Assembly: GCA_028023455.1 (NCBI GenBank)
Contig: JAQFVV010000004.1
Span: 15,128,001 to 15,192,000 of the forward strand
DNA length: 64,000 nt
DNA from: Epiperipatus broadwayi
Lineage: Eukaryota > Animalia > Onychophora
Direction: 5' to 3'
A program made the translations under genes and the position numbers. Below the pieces are notes generated by a model that had not been told where the DNA came from, searched no databases, and worked only from the letters and a program-made list of their open reading frames with translations. Positions 12,421-25,700 of the stretch are shown in pieces. The first letter of the stretch is position 1; every line of letters starts with the position of its first letter.

Positions 12421-14553
12421 TATATATTCTGCGATAACTGAGATCTGGTGAAGGATATATAAAAGAGTAGGTTGTCATCACAATGGAATAGACTTTAGTG
12501 TCCTAGTAATATTTTTTATAATATTTTAGTTTCCAAAAATTGAATATAAGAATGTATTCTCCAGTCAGGAGCACAGCAGAATGTGTTAAGAAAGCTATTG
12601 ATAACAATATTTGCAACATAATCCTAATTTAGTGCCAGCCAGCATTCCAAGGAAGTTATTTCTTGAAATTAATTTAGATTTAATCTGAGATAAATAAGTT
12701 AAATAAATTATGCCATAATCCAAGATTGCATCTAAATAGCAAGGGTAAAATTGTGTTTTAATCTATTAAGATTGTTTTCTGAATATTCAGTTCAAAAGAT
12801 GAGCATACTGTCTTTCTTAGGTCATGAATAAGTTCCTAGTCTTTGAAAAAGATTTCCAGTGTTTTCATATCCTTATTTACAGATTTTTTTATTATGGAAT
12901 AGAATCTCTTGTGTGCGTTGACTATCTCCAGTTATATTTTTCAATCTTTGTAATAATACTGATGCAGTTTTTCTATTGATATTCGTAACATAACTTCTTC
13001 AAATTTTTTTTCATATTATTGTTTTACCTTAATCTCAAAGTTACTAGATAAAATAAATAAAGACCATTGATAGTGTTTTGCTACAAAGATGTAGTAACAA
13101 TTTGGGGATTAAATATATGTTAAATTTGTTCATTTTGGATAAATTATTGGATTTAAAAGATAGCACTATTAAGAAATTGATAATAGAAAATTATTACTGT
13201 TAGAAAGTTGCACCAATGTATATTGAAAGACAGAAAATATTTTTTAAATGAATTTGTTAATTTTGGTGATATAAAATAAGTTATTGTCATAGTCAGATTC
13301 TATTTTGAATAAGAAGAGCCCTTGTAGTATTTGGTAATATTAATAAATCGATGAAATAAAACCTTGGCAAGAAAAAGCGAAGAAGTGGTGGAAATGTTCT
13401 CTTTTAAACATTGTGAAATGAAATAAAAATGCTAAAAGAAAGCATAAATGGTCTATAAATAAACACGTAAAGCAATGTAGTTATGATGTATCTAGTGAAA
13501 TGATTAATAACTCTAAAGCTGCTATTAGCTCTCTGAATGTATTTAATTATATATATATAAGATTTAAGTTATTGTTTAATGAATTGTCTTGTGCAATGGT
13601 AGAATTATTGATTCGAGAGTTATTGATTTTTGGTTCAAAACTCAAGTTGCCACTTTGATTCTTGAATGTCACATGCCTTTCCATGCAACTAATTTTTTAG
13701 TTATTGGAGACTTCAGTGCTTCAAATATAAATGTTTATGCTTGTTGAATATTCTGTTTTAAACAAAAACTTTATTGATATGTCGTGATAAAAGTGGATTG
13801 TCCAGGTATATTTAAAGCAGTTAGTTATAGAATTTGAGTAAGAACATGAGATTTATTTAGTATTAACTATAAAATTTGTTAAAGTTTGAAAAAGACTGAA
13901 TGGACGATTCAAAAAAATTGAATTTAGTTCATTATTTTTTTTACGAAGTAGCTTCATTCATCATTTGTGGAGACAGTTATAAGCAAGTTTTTTTAGCCAT
14001 GAAATTTATAACTAAAGACATTTCAATGTTTTATGGAAAATTTAGATATGTTGATTAATTGACAATTTATACAATTTCTGTAGTTTCTTTTAATAGCGGA
14101 TTGGATCATATAACATTAGTTTTACCTTATTTAAAGATTCACTAAATATCAGCCTTTTACAGCTACTGTACATGCGCTTTAATAAGTGTTAAATAATAAA
14201 TGAATACTTTTCAGTGCCCATACAAGATATAGCATTTAAGAAAGAATAAAATGAATCCACTTATTCTTTCCGAACCCAAATGTTTATATATGGGCAAATC
14301 TTAAGTACGTTTAAGTAAATTCTAAGTAATTTCGTCGATGTCATTAAGTCAGACAACGCGAACCGTAATTTAAAGTGAATGATCTATTTTCACGCTTTAT
14401 TTGCCAGTACTTAAGATTAATACAAAAGAATCGTGTAGTTCTTGCTGTTTAAATTCATTATATTTGCTTAAGAAATATAATAGTAATATAATTTTAGTTC
14501 GGAGAGTTTTGTTATTTTTATTATCATGAACATATTTTATAAATATGATTTAG

Positions 14554-14989
14554 AATGATAAAAAAATCAAGTCAGATGTCACGTGACTTAATTTTAATAA
14601 AGCTCGTATTTACAAAAGTTATATATAGAGCTTGCATAACAAGCTTTGAGAATATCCTCAACCCCAGACTGGTTTCTGCTTCTGGGGTTGTCAGTGAGGT
14701 GCCAGGATAGTTATTAGATTAAAAATACTAGGACTATTAATATATGGTGTATCTGAACTTAGTTCAGTCCCATATGGCTATTTGAGATAGATAGCTGGAT
14801 TTTTAGACATATGGGTGTCTGAAAATTTCAGATTTTCTTCTCAATAATTATACATTAGATAAAGTGCTGGGCTTGTCCTAGTATTTTTAATCTAATGAAT
14901 ATCCTGGCACCTCACTGACGACGCCAGAAGCAGAAACCGGTCTGGGGTTGAGGATATTTTCAAAGCTTGTTTTGCGAGCTCTATATATA
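14554..14989. mobile_element. Fold-back hammerhead element, subfamily H3
   Basis: ~115-bp inverted arms (14619-14734 / 14875-14990), left-side tail with GTCACGTGAC (14578-14587), perfect 13-bp TSD AAATATGATTTAG (14541-14553, 14990-15002). Confidence 0.85.
14899..14957 (+). ncRNA. Type I hammerhead ribozyme fold (H3)
   Basis: ATATCCT-ggca-CCTCA CTGACGA cGC-cagaa-GCa GAAA CCGGTC|TGGGG-ttg-AGGATAT. Core intact, stem I 5+7 bp with an internal loop, palindromic ACCGGT in helix/loop III. Stem II closing pair is C.A. Predicted cut after 14942. Confidence 0.75.
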
Positions 14990-15157
14990 AAATATGATTT
15001 AGGTAATTGTGAAAAATGATTTTATATATGTAGCTTATATTGTCATCTGCTTTAAATAGATTTTTAAATATTATGATTAAATGTTTGAAATTAACATTAG
15101 TTTTATTCAAGCTATAGACAACTTTATTAGAACTCAAGTGATTTTATTTTTTACTAG

Positions 15158-15360
15158 TTTTACGACATCACCTGGTGAAGCAGCATTCAGTCTTAGTATC
15201 TACAGTCCTCGAGAACGATGTCGCATTTGGACCCAAACTCTTGACAGATATGATGGATCTTTTATAATTCGTTATAGACTTTTTCAAAGTTGTAACTCAA
15301 TCCAAATAGCACTCACGGTTGGAACGGAACATGTTGCTAAGTCTCCATATTTGCTTGAAG
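15158..15360 (+). CDS. POGLUT2: POGLUT2/3 exon 2 (filamin-like Ig domain)
   Basis: Acceptor TTTTTACTAG| and donor GAAG|GTACTG. Phases match exons 1 and 3. FTTSPGEAAF...LDRYDGSFIIRYRLF...HVAKSPYLLEG matches human FTSSPGEKVF...LDRKDGSFIVRYRMY...HVAKSPYILKG as recalled. Confidence 0.95.
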
Positions 15361-16220
15361 GTACTGAAGCATATATTAGTTGTGTATGTATGAATGCACA
15401 TACTGATATACTTTAATAATACTTATAACATTATGAAATATTATTCAAAATATTATAAGTGAAGATTTTTGAAATTTTGATGCACAGTATTTACAAATAC
15501 TTCATTTAGAATAAAAAATATCAATTTATTATATTTTTATTGTTTTTAAATTAATTTCTAACAATTTAAAAACAAAGCAATGTATTGCACCTCCACATAT
15601 GCTATACACAGTTTATTGTAAAATTAATTTTTAAAACTATTGTTTAGCACAAACAGAAAACAAAATTTTACCAATTTGAGTGTATTCATAACTATTTGAG
15701 ATGATTTAAATTTATAGTAGAATAGATTCAGACTACAATTGTGATAATTCAAATAAAAGCTGAAATTAATTACTGTTAAATGAATAATATATATACTATA
15801 GCTTAATTATTTTAATGAGTACATAAATAATTTTACAGCTTATCAAATTTGTAATACTAAGAATATAAACAAATTTCACGAAACAAACAAGTTTGACTAC
15901 ATTACTAAGACAATTTTAAATGCGATCACCCAAAGAATCATTTAAATTGTAAATAACACCCATCCTTTGTTATATCAATGCCTTTCCATTTGGTTAGATA
16001 AAAAGTAAAGAATAAGTAAATAACCAAACATTCAGTGAGTTGTAAAAATTGTTGCAAATATATATTATTATGAAGAAAAAAAAGCCAACTAGTTAATAAA
16101 TATTCCTACAATTTTTCATCTATAAATTCTAATGTTTGAATTTTATTATATAGTAGTCTGAAGATTTTTTGACTGTTCTTGGATAGTTATCTGTTAAAAA
16201 TATCATTACTCATTTATGTA

Positions 16221-16374
16221 ATATATAGGGTATAAGAGCACAGACTTTCACATGACCCACCATTCTCCACTCTATCCCATAACACTGATACACTTGAACA
16301 CATATATGTCGAAAAGATAAATAATCACCAATATACGTATTTTATGCTAAACCAGCAATCATCAGTTGGTCCAG
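16221..16374 (-). mobile_element. H2 hammerhead-family copy (5'-truncated; core G12 to A)
   Basis: Homologous to 26845-27105, 35641-35880 and 55790-56050. Minus strand ACCAA CTGATGA tTGCT-ggttt-AGCAt AAAA TACGTATA TTGGT. Confidence 0.8.
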
Positions 16375-18396
16375 CATTGTGATGTTGTTTTTAGATCCAC
16401 ATGAAAAAGTCCACAGTTTTAAATTCATCAATCATTCTCAAAAAAAAAAAGGTTATTGAATTTCTAATTGTGAATTTTATGTTGATGATAGAGTTGAACC
16501 TTCAGTTTAGTATTCTACTAAGCAAAGAATTCTATTATTACTTTTTAATCTAGTTGCTAATAAGGCAATCATTGTCAGAAAACTAATAAATATTATTATT
16601 ATTTTTGAAGAATGGTCTTTTTTTTATGCCTGCAACATTGTTCTTAAAATAATTCTATGTTTGGTATCATTACATGCTTGAAAATCCAAATTGTCAATTT
16701 TAGGTATTGAATTTAGTGCAAGTAAAAGTTGTTTCTAAAAAATAAATATTATTTCTCATATATCACTTGGTGAGTGAAGATTTATTTATGAAATGTATGC
16801 AATGAGAAAAGGTAGTCTATGTTTGTACGTTGGAGGAAGATTGCAATATGGCAGTGTTGAATAGAAATGTGTTTATAGAATATTTTAAAAAATTAAAAAA
16901 TCATTTCATATATAATCACAATGGGGCTTAAATTTTTAATATAGCTATCATTTTAACCTTAGAATGCCCCAATATGTAATCAGTTCAATAATCTGCCCCA
17001 TTAAGTTAAGCTGTTTGTGAAATTTTACTGTTTACATTCTAATTTCCAATTGAAACATCCATTTGATAAATGTCTGGTGACTTTTTTTGGATATGGATGT
17101 ACCCAAGTTTTCAGGGGCAATAACTATTATTTTGAGATGAGCCACAGCTTTTTTTTTCCTGTCAATGTGTGCTACAGTTTCTTTTTCCTCCTTCCCCTAG
17201 TTTTTAATCATAATAATACAATAATACTATCCAGAAAAAAATAAAAGCTTTCTTTTTAGAATTTTCTGATATTAACATTCCTAAAGAAGACATAGATAAT
17301 ATTATTGAAATTTCATAGTGAATCCAACACCTGTTTTTTCAAAAAAACGTTTTTCCATTGAATTAAATTTTTTTTTTTTTGAAAGTCAAATTTAATTTAA
17401 ATTGGCTATATTAGTCTTAAATATTGACAATTCTTTAGCTATAAATGTGGCTTTACATTCAAGTCTTGAAAAATCATATAGAGGCAAAGTCAGTGTATGG
17501 ATATGTAGAAAACAATTTAAATACTATTACTTCCTGTTTTATTATCTACAGTTATTAATAACAACTACTTCTATCATTTACGAACAGTCTTCCAAAACAG
17601 AGACTATACTTACCAACTGAAATTTATGTTCCTAAATCTAGTTTTGAGATGATTCATTATTAATTGTATGGGTATGTGATATGTATACATACTTACATAC
17701 AAAAAAAGGAGAAAAGATTAAAGTAAGAATTGTTATGCTTGTAATTAAGGATGGAAATGTGATCACACAAATACATAATCTCATTATTACAATTAGAATA
17801 CAGAGAAATAGCTTACAGTACATAGAGGTTCATAGAGTTCTAAACAAACTTAAGTGACTGAAGACAGTATAGCAAAATAAAAATGAAGACATGGTGAGAG
17901 AAAAATCAGAAAGGAGAGAGAAAAGGCTACCTTTATCAATACTAAATCAGTAATGAGCCAACATCTTATCTAATAAAGCATGAAGATTGGTTGGCTTTTG
18001 ATTATTTAATTAATCTTCATATCTGAAGTTCATTCTCTTGACCATCTGCAAGCCTTTTTTTATATTTTTTGAAATAATAGTTTGATCATATACGTAATAT
18101 TCAAATTTTTATTATTATATCTATCTATTCATTTTATTATCATATTAAATTTATAATAGTATAATATCTTAAATTTATACATGGGTAATGTATTACAGTT
18201 ATATCCTTATTTTGTTTGCCCAGTTACTTCATTGTATTTCACTATCCACAATGTATCATTGCTTTCAAAAATTATTGAAACATATAATGTTTAAAAAATA
18301 TTCTATGAATTAAGTAACATTTATATCATGCAATTTGTATTCTTTACTTCAAGCACTTTTTAGCAAAAAAAAAAAAATTATTGCATATATACACAT

Positions 18397-18438
18397 ATAA
18401 TCTGATGTTTCGACTTCTGCAGTCTTCTTCAGACTATG
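18397..18438 (-). ncRNA. Decayed minimal hammerhead relic
   Basis: Minus strand CTGAAGA-a-GACT-gcaga-AGTC-GAAA-CATC. CATC is probably CpG-decayed CGTC. Stem I is poor. Confidence 0.5.
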
Positions 18439-20286
18439 ATATAATAACAAATGAAATGAAATGAATAAATATATAAATAATATAATAAAAATGTAATCAA
18501 TAAATTTAAAAAAATAAAGAAAAATAACACTATAATAAATTATAACAAAACATAATAAAACTAAAATAAATTAAATGTGATAAAGTGAAATTAAAATGAA
18601 ATAAAATAAGATAATCCACATAATGTAAAATAAAATATACAATATTAAACTGAAATATAGGATAAATATGGATTATACATGTGTATTTCTGTCTGTATAT
18701 ATATATTTACTGAAACCATTTTAATGTTTTATTTATTTTGAAAGTTATTATACTATATTTCACGATTTTTTTTTTTTTAATTAAATAATGAGACATAATT
18801 ACAACATTTTTTAGATGGGATTAGGTTAATTAAGTTTTAAAAAATATACTTCTTTTTTTAAAAGTATATATAATTGATTTAAATTAAGAATAAAATAAAT
18901 GTAAATTTAAATTTGTCATTTAAATTTGTACTGTGAAATATTTCTTTAGAGGTTGTGTTTGGTTTTTTTTTTTTTTTTGATGATTATTTATTTTATTTTT
19001 GTCTTAGCTTTATATATATATATAATTCTTTGTTACTTATTGCTAAACCATTTTCAAATGCTTTTATATCATTATTAAACAATTTGTATTAAATTCAATT
19101 GCTTTATTTATTTTAAAATTAATTTTGTAATTAAAATTTGTACTATATTACTGAATGGTTTGATCACATTTCTGTTTCAGGATCAAATTTTGAAAGATAT
19201 AACAACATCAGTCTAACTTATATAGATCAAACACCACTTTAATTAGTTCATAGATGAGATGGTTTTTTCGCTTAACATTAAGTTGCTAAAGAAAGTGTTT
19301 CTGGGCATATTGAACATGGGTTTTTCCACATGATATTTATTGAAGAAATACTAAATTGAGATAGTACTCCCATATAATCAATACCTGTAATTTCTATAGT
19401 AAAATAAACAGTCTTGATCATGTGATCCAACTAAATTCATAGCAGAATAAACCAATCACATGGTTCATAACCTGAAATCTTTTCTATAAGTCTCCGAGAA
19501 CTATGATATTATTAATATAACCACTAGTAAGAGTGATAATATTCAAACCAAAAGAAAATAGAGAAATTGTTTTTTATGGCTGAACATGAAAACATAATGC
19601 AAGTTCCTCCAAAATCAGGTCATATGCATTCCCTTTAAAATATACTTAATATCCCCATATTTGATTAGTACTATTAATTTATTTAATTTCATTATAAATG
19701 GAATCAGTAACATTTTATATCATGAGTATTGCAGTAGTTTGGTACCTTTAAATTCTATTTGCAAATTATTTAATCCTAAACTACAAGAATAATAATATGA
19801 CTTATATCCATGCATCCGGTAATAAAACTGCAAAGATGCAAATGATTCTGTCTTCTGTGGTTAAAAAATACCCTGGATGCTCTCATTCAGCGAACCCTTT
19901 CAGCTATTATTATGTATGAGTTATAATTAAGATGTAGGATTTAAATATTTTTATGAAAAATTATAAAAATATTTTTGTTGTGCGAGCATCGTATACTAAA
20001 GATAAATAATGGGCATGATTTATTTTTATATGCAAGATATTTCAACGGATAATTAATTTACTTGATTAAGAAAGATAATAAATAATACACAATTGTCAAA
20101 ATAGGTACACTACTTCAGTTATACACTATCCAAAAAAATCTTGTAAAAGTAATAATTATATGACATTATTCTCTTATTCTTCTCCTTCATTTTCTTTGCA
20201 TATCTTCATATAATCATATATATTGCTTATAACACTTCTTTCATATACACTTTAATGCAACAAATTTTCTTAAAAACTTCTTTATT

Positions 20287-20329
20287 TTCCTTACAGTTTC
20301 AACTGTCCAGCAGTCTTCATCAGAGTTCT
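20287..20329 (-). ncRNA. Minimal hammerhead-like relic
   Basis: Minus strand CTGATGA-a-GACTG-ctgga-CAGTT-GAAA-CTGTA. Stem II is 5 bp; stem I only 2 bp. Confidence 0.5.
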
Positions 20330-20857
20330 ATTTTCTTCTCTGCTTTAATTAAAAAAAAGCACTTACATTTTACTCTTTGATTTTGCATAATAAAATGTTT
20401 TCTATGCATAAACTAAATGTTTTATGACATTTAAGAAAATTTGTAAAGTATCTTTCTTAAGTGATAGATGAAATTTGACAATTTAGTAATAGCAGGAAAA
20501 AAATATGTTCTTGAATTACATCAAAATGCTTAAAGTTTGATAAGTTTAATGGGAATCTGAAATAAATAATGTCAAGTAATGGGGATTGTTTAGATTCTGA
20601 AATTGATTTTAATTTAAAAATATCAAAGCAACTAGAAAATCATAACATGCTGATAACAACACTATTATATTTCCATAGGTGGGAAAAATTTGTTGTAGAA
20701 AAAGAATATTATTCAGAGTGTGTTTAATTATGATGAAAGTTTGACATTTTACTATTTATTTTATTTTAAAAATTAAAGATGTGGAACAGTAAGTTTTTGT
20801 ATTATTTTAATTTTTGACTGAAAGTGAATGAGTAAATACTCACCAAAAATATATATA

Positions 20858-23035
20858 CAGGTAGCCCCCTAGTTACAAACTTAATTGGTTCCTGACGGAA
20901 GTTGAAATTGTTTGTAAGTAGAGGTCTGTAAAAAAAACATCAAAATGGGTTTTCAAAATACAGTATTTATTTTTTATTGATTAGTATCTGGAGTTTTGTT
21001 TACAAATTTATCAAGAGTTAATTGAATTCTATTATTTTTCTTTTTTTGATAAAGAATTCTGTAACATTCTGTGTCTTTTTCTATTGTCCTTCATACACCA
21101 GATTTGTGCTTTCCATTGGGATCACATTCTTCCATGATGGTCAAAAATTTGTCAAGATGCATGAAGGCTTCATTCATATTCTTGATTGTCAAACTCTTAA
21201 CAATAAGTTCATTATCAGGTTCTTCTTCATTTTGTATTTCATTCATCTCTTGTAGTTTAATCAAGTCTTCATTTGACAGAGGTTCTGAGTGAGATTGCAT
21301 TAACTCATCAATATCTTCATCAGTGACATCTAAATTTAATTCATTCATTATATTGACTATTTCAGTTGTGATATCTTCAGGAGTTTCTTCAATGTCCATA
21401 GAAGCATTCATCATTTGTGGATATATTTTTTTCCAACAACCTTTCATTGTTGACTCTCTTATTTCAGCCCACACATCCCCAATAATATTTATTGCATTCC
21501 ATATATTATAACTTTTCCAAAAATCTCTTAGTGTAGGTCCACCTTCCTTGTCAATTGCCTTGATTGCTTGAGTCATTAATCTTCTCATATAATACTGCTT
21601 AAAAGTAGCTATCACAGTTTGGTCCATAGGTTGTATTTCACTTGTAGTATTGGGAGGGATAAACACAACATTAACTTCTGGATATAAATTTTGCAGGGAT
21701 TTTGGATGTCCAGGAGAATTGTCTAAGAGCAATAGTGTTTTAAATGGTAAATTATTCTCACTACAATATTGCCTAACAGAAGGCACAAAATGATGTGAGA
21801 ACCAATCTTGAAAAAGCTGTGCAGTAGCCCAGGCTTTAGGATTTGATTTCCAAATGACTGGAAGCATTCTTTTATCTTTTCCTTTCAATGCTCTAGGATT
21901 TTCTGTCTGATAAATTAGCATTGGCTAAAATTTAAAATCACCAGCTAAATTACCTCCAAGAAGCAATGTTAATCTGTTTTTAGAAGGTTTATGCCCAGGT
22001 GCAACTGATTCTTCCTTTGCTAAATATGTATGTGCAGGCATCTTTTTCCAAAATAATCCTGTCTCATCTACATTGAAGACTAGGCATGGAAAATAAGCTC
22101 CATCTTTAATGATATTAGAGAAAGTGGAAATAAATTCACTGGCAGCTTTCTTATCTGCACTGGCACCTTCCCCAGTACATTTAATATTATGTAAAGAATA
22201 TCTCATTTTAAATTTGTGAAACCAGCCATTGCTTGCTACAAATTCAACAGCAGAGTCTTCTTTTAATTCTTTCTTCCAATCTTCATGCAAACTAAGAGCC
22301 TTAGCTTGAATAATTGATAAACTCACTGGGATGCCTTTTTGATGTTGATCTTCAATCCATAAAGCCAAAGATTTCTCCATTTCATCCATTACTCTGCCAT
22401 GTCTTTTTGAAACAATCTTTGAAGAAATATTTCCACAATTTTTAACATATTCCTTAATTTTGTTCTTGTTTTTCACAATAATATATATTGTTGATCGGTT
22501 TAAATTACCTGAACATGCAGTGCAATTGAAGCAAAAGATTCACCATTTTCAGAATGTCTAATTATATCCATTTTTGTCTCAATTGTTTGGGGTTTATGAG
22601 ACCTTGATTTCTTTTTAGTTGTATCAACACTGCTGTTTTTTCATTTCTCCCTCATGTTTTTAATTAATAAGAATGAAAAAAATTCACCAAAACAGAAATA
22701 TATGCAGTGAATGTGTAGCGTAATCATGCACAAACTACTTTTAAAAATAAACACTAATCAAGACAGTCTGTGACGATGCTAAAAATAAAAGTAATCAATG
22801 TCAAAGAGATGGGAAGATTTACAGTATTTTATATAGGTTTTTATTGTTCTCTAAAATATACTTTTAATTATTTTCTAAATTCCAAAGTTTATCTTTCTTT
22901 AGAAAAAATTCAATTATGAATGTATGTAAGTAGTTTATTTTAATCACATGCATAGATAAAGATCTAAAGTCCAAAAGCGATTATGTAATAGCGAAATATT
23001 TGTAACTCGAATGTTCGTAACTAGGGGACTTCTTC
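20858..23035 (-). mobile_element. Tigger/pogo (Tc1/mariner superfamily) DNA transposon, near full length
   Basis: TIRs CAGGTAGCCCCCTAGTTACAAAC / (rc) GAAGAAGTCCCCTAGTTACGAAC, flanked by TA. Encodes CENP-B-type HTH and DDE_1 domains. Confidence 0.93.
21091..22650 (-). pseudogene. Tigger transposase pseudogene
   Basis: Motifs FNVDETGLFWKKMP, LLLLDNSPGH and IQPMDQTVI. ORFs 21925-22476 and 21091-21921 are in the same frame, separated by TAG-CCA (a single nonsense codon). The HTH region near 22510-22620 is frameshifted. Confidence 0.9.
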
Positions 23036-23080
23036 TATATGTAAATGTTCATTACTACATTATTATTTAAAACAGCAAGC

Positions 23081-23289
23081 ATCACATGATCACATCTCCA
23101 ATACTAGCACATAATTGTTTATAAACAAAGCAAAGCAAAACTCCATATAGTAGTGCCACCTGTGCTAAACAGAGTAATCAATGGATGCCAGAAGGCTTGT
23201 GCATAAAATCCCTATCTAATGCCTACTCATCCAATATCCCCAGACTAGTTTCTGGCTTGTGGCCATCGTCAGTAAGGAGCTTTGGATTT
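23081..23289 (-). mobile_element. H1 hammerhead-family copy A (single arm with tail)
   Basis: Tail ATCACATGATC at 23081, then the H1 body. Ends about 2 nt beyond HHR stem I. Confidence 0.85.
23229..23287 (-). ncRNA. Type I hammerhead ribozyme, intact core (H1 copy A)
   Basis: Minus strand ATCCAA-agc-TCCTTA CTGACGA TGGC-cacaa-GCCA GAAA CTAGTC|TGGGGA-ta-TTGGAT. All core nucleotides present, GUC triplet, palindromic ACTAGT. Confidence 0.85.
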
Positions 23290-24771
23290 GTTAAAATTTT
23301 GTTTATACTATATTCTTAATTTACATATGCATAATATATACAAAAAAGTGTTTGTGTTATACATATGTATATGTGACATGTTGAATAATTCTGGAGTTGC
23401 AATTCAGTATATAATATGTATTCTACTGCAATCAAAGTTTTATCAACAAATCATTAGTATTATACACAGTGTGCGATATACATGTTAGGATATTGCAGCT
23501 CCATTGTAATTCTATAGCTATAATCTACAAATATAAATTTTAGATGGCATTATTTGTATTTTAGATACTAGAACTGATATTGTTATTGATTATAGCTTGG
23601 TAGAAATAATTTCACTTCTCCTTTAGCACAAATAGATAATGTAAATAAATAAACTTGACATTTGCATACACATTTATAAATTATTAGTTTAAATTGAGAT
23701 AAACTGAATTAATTCTAGAATTTGATATAGACTCTCATATATATATCCTAGTATTTATGTCTTGCTTTTAATTTAACCCCCTCCCCTTAAAATAAAATGT
23801 TAATAATATTAAAAATATACATCAATATTAATATTTTTTCTAATTGCCTTGCATAATTGTTTCTATAATAATGCAAATTATGCAATTGTATAATAAAATA
23901 AAAAAAAATAAAAAAAGGTAAATATAGTTTAAACTTACCTATTTATTTAAAGATATTATATTCCTTGGGATGCATCTTTAATTGGATAATGTTTTCTTAA
24001 AACAAAGATTGATTAGAAATGACAGGTTTTTATTACAGGTAATTATTACTAGAATAATCCATTTCTAGAAAACTATTTATATATTTCCTGTTTTAGTATA
24101 TTCCGGTACGGTTTTTCCTAAAATATAAAACTTTTATTTTAAAGCATATGGATATGTAACTGTATTTCTTACTTTTAACAAAGATATCCATTTTAAGCAT
24201 TGCAATTTAGAGATATATTATTGAAAAATAATATATTAATGATAGATTTCCCTTCTATGGGAGTGGGTTTCCTTCAAGGACTTTTTTTAAAATTTAACAA
24301 TGCATTTGAATGTTATTAATATCATAAAGTAAATATTATAAGTTCAGCTTTCTGAAAAATTTAAAGGTTTAACATAAAAGATTGTGGTTTTTTTTTTGTA
24401 ATCTATACAAATATTCTGACATTTTCTTTCTTTTTTTTTTTTAAAAAAAAAGTAGTGCAATGTGTTCTAGAATACTATTGCTAATTAAATAGTCATATCC
24501 TTTGATGTTTGAACTAATAATAGATGTATGGTTTTTCCTTCATCTTTCTTATACTTTAAAAAAACGTTTGATAGGAAATAAATAATCAAATTCTTTTAAA
24601 TAACTTATTTAAAAGCTATTAAACTAGGAAATAAATAATATCATTATTTTTTCCTGTATTATAAAATTATAAAGTACAAGGAATTGGCAATACTCTTGAC
24701 AAATTACTAAATTTCTTATAGAGAATTAGTTGATTTGTATAATGTTAGTTATGATACTGAAGAATAGTCAA

Positions 24772-24859
24772 GCATTGGTGGTCGAGAGATCAGTGACAGC
24801 TGCTTTACAAGCAGTTGTCCCAGGTTAGCGGGTTCGCTTCCCGGCGGATGCTATGACAC
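24772..24859 (+). mobile_element. Short tRNA-derived SINE-like copy
   Basis: GCATTGGTGGTCGAG (A-box region) ... GGGTTCGCTTCCC (B box) ... ATGC-TATGACAC. Homologues at 31174, 55443 and 57152. Confidence 0.75.
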
Positions 24860-25000
24860 ATGAGAATAGTTATTAGATATTTTCTCCACTGACTAAAAGA
24901 CAGCAAAATGTCGATTTTAGAACAATTAGTTTTATCTCACAATTATATAGTAATATTAACAATCGTAAATAGGCATATGTGTAATAAATAACACATTTTA

Positions 25001-25263
25001 TATCAGCTGAGTAGTTTGGATTTAGAAGATATAGAAGTATTAAGGAGTTTTGAGTATTGAGAAATATTGTTGAGAGATATACAGCAAAAGTAAGGGAAGT
25101 AATATTTGCTTTACTGATCATCAAAAAGTATTTGGTAGAATTAGTAGAATATTTTGAAAATGAAATGTATAGATTTTTTTTTTTTATCAGCTGAGTAGTT
25201 TGGATTTAGAAGATATAGAAGTATTAAGGAGTTTTGAGTATTGAGAAATATTGTTGAGAGATA
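25001..25263 (+). repeat. 79-bp identical direct duplication (25001-25079 / 25185-25263)
   Basis: TATCAGCTGAGTAGTTTGG...TTGAGAGATA occurs twice. Confidence 0.9.
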
Positions 25264-25387
25264 GATTTTTTTTATTTAAAAAGTTTTTTTCTATTTTGTC
25301 CTCTATTTTCTGTATCAAATGTGCTTGGATTGAGGAATCCATACTTGTTATCATTCGAGAAATGGTTCAGTCAATAATGATTCACAA

Positions 25388-25484
25388 CTTTCTCCATACA
25401 GTGTTGCCACCTAGTGCAAGCTATAGCATTCAATGAATGCTAGAAAGATAGTGCATCAAAATTCCTATCTAGAGCCTATTCGTC
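25388..25484 (-). mobile_element. Diverged H1 fragment lacking the HHR
   Basis: ATACAGTGTTGCCACCTAGTGCAAGCTA...TCAATGAATGCTAGAA...TTCCTATCTAGAGCCTA aligns by eye to the H1 arm. Confidence 0.6.
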
Positions 25485-25700
25485 TTTGGAGTTGGACTTG
25501 GTCCAGTACTCTTGTTCAGCAAATGATTGTAAATTTTCGTTTTTGTCACAAATATAAAAAGTTGTTGGGAAGTCCTCTAAATGTCTATTTTGTAAAATAC
25601 TATTTAGGATTTTAACACTTCACATGTTTGTGAGAGATGGAATTTTTTAAAGTGGTATACTAAGTCAATTATTTTATATAGCACGATGTTTTACAAACTG

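Noticed and set aside
21091-22476. Domesticated TIGD-like host gene
   Set aside because: TIRs and TA flanks are present, and the ORF has a nonsense codon and a frameshift.
24772-24851. Functional tRNA-Val/Gly genes (also 31174, 55443, 57152)
   Set aside because: Indels and broken arms differ between copies; a shared tail, and an A tract with TSD on one copy, indicate retroposed copies.
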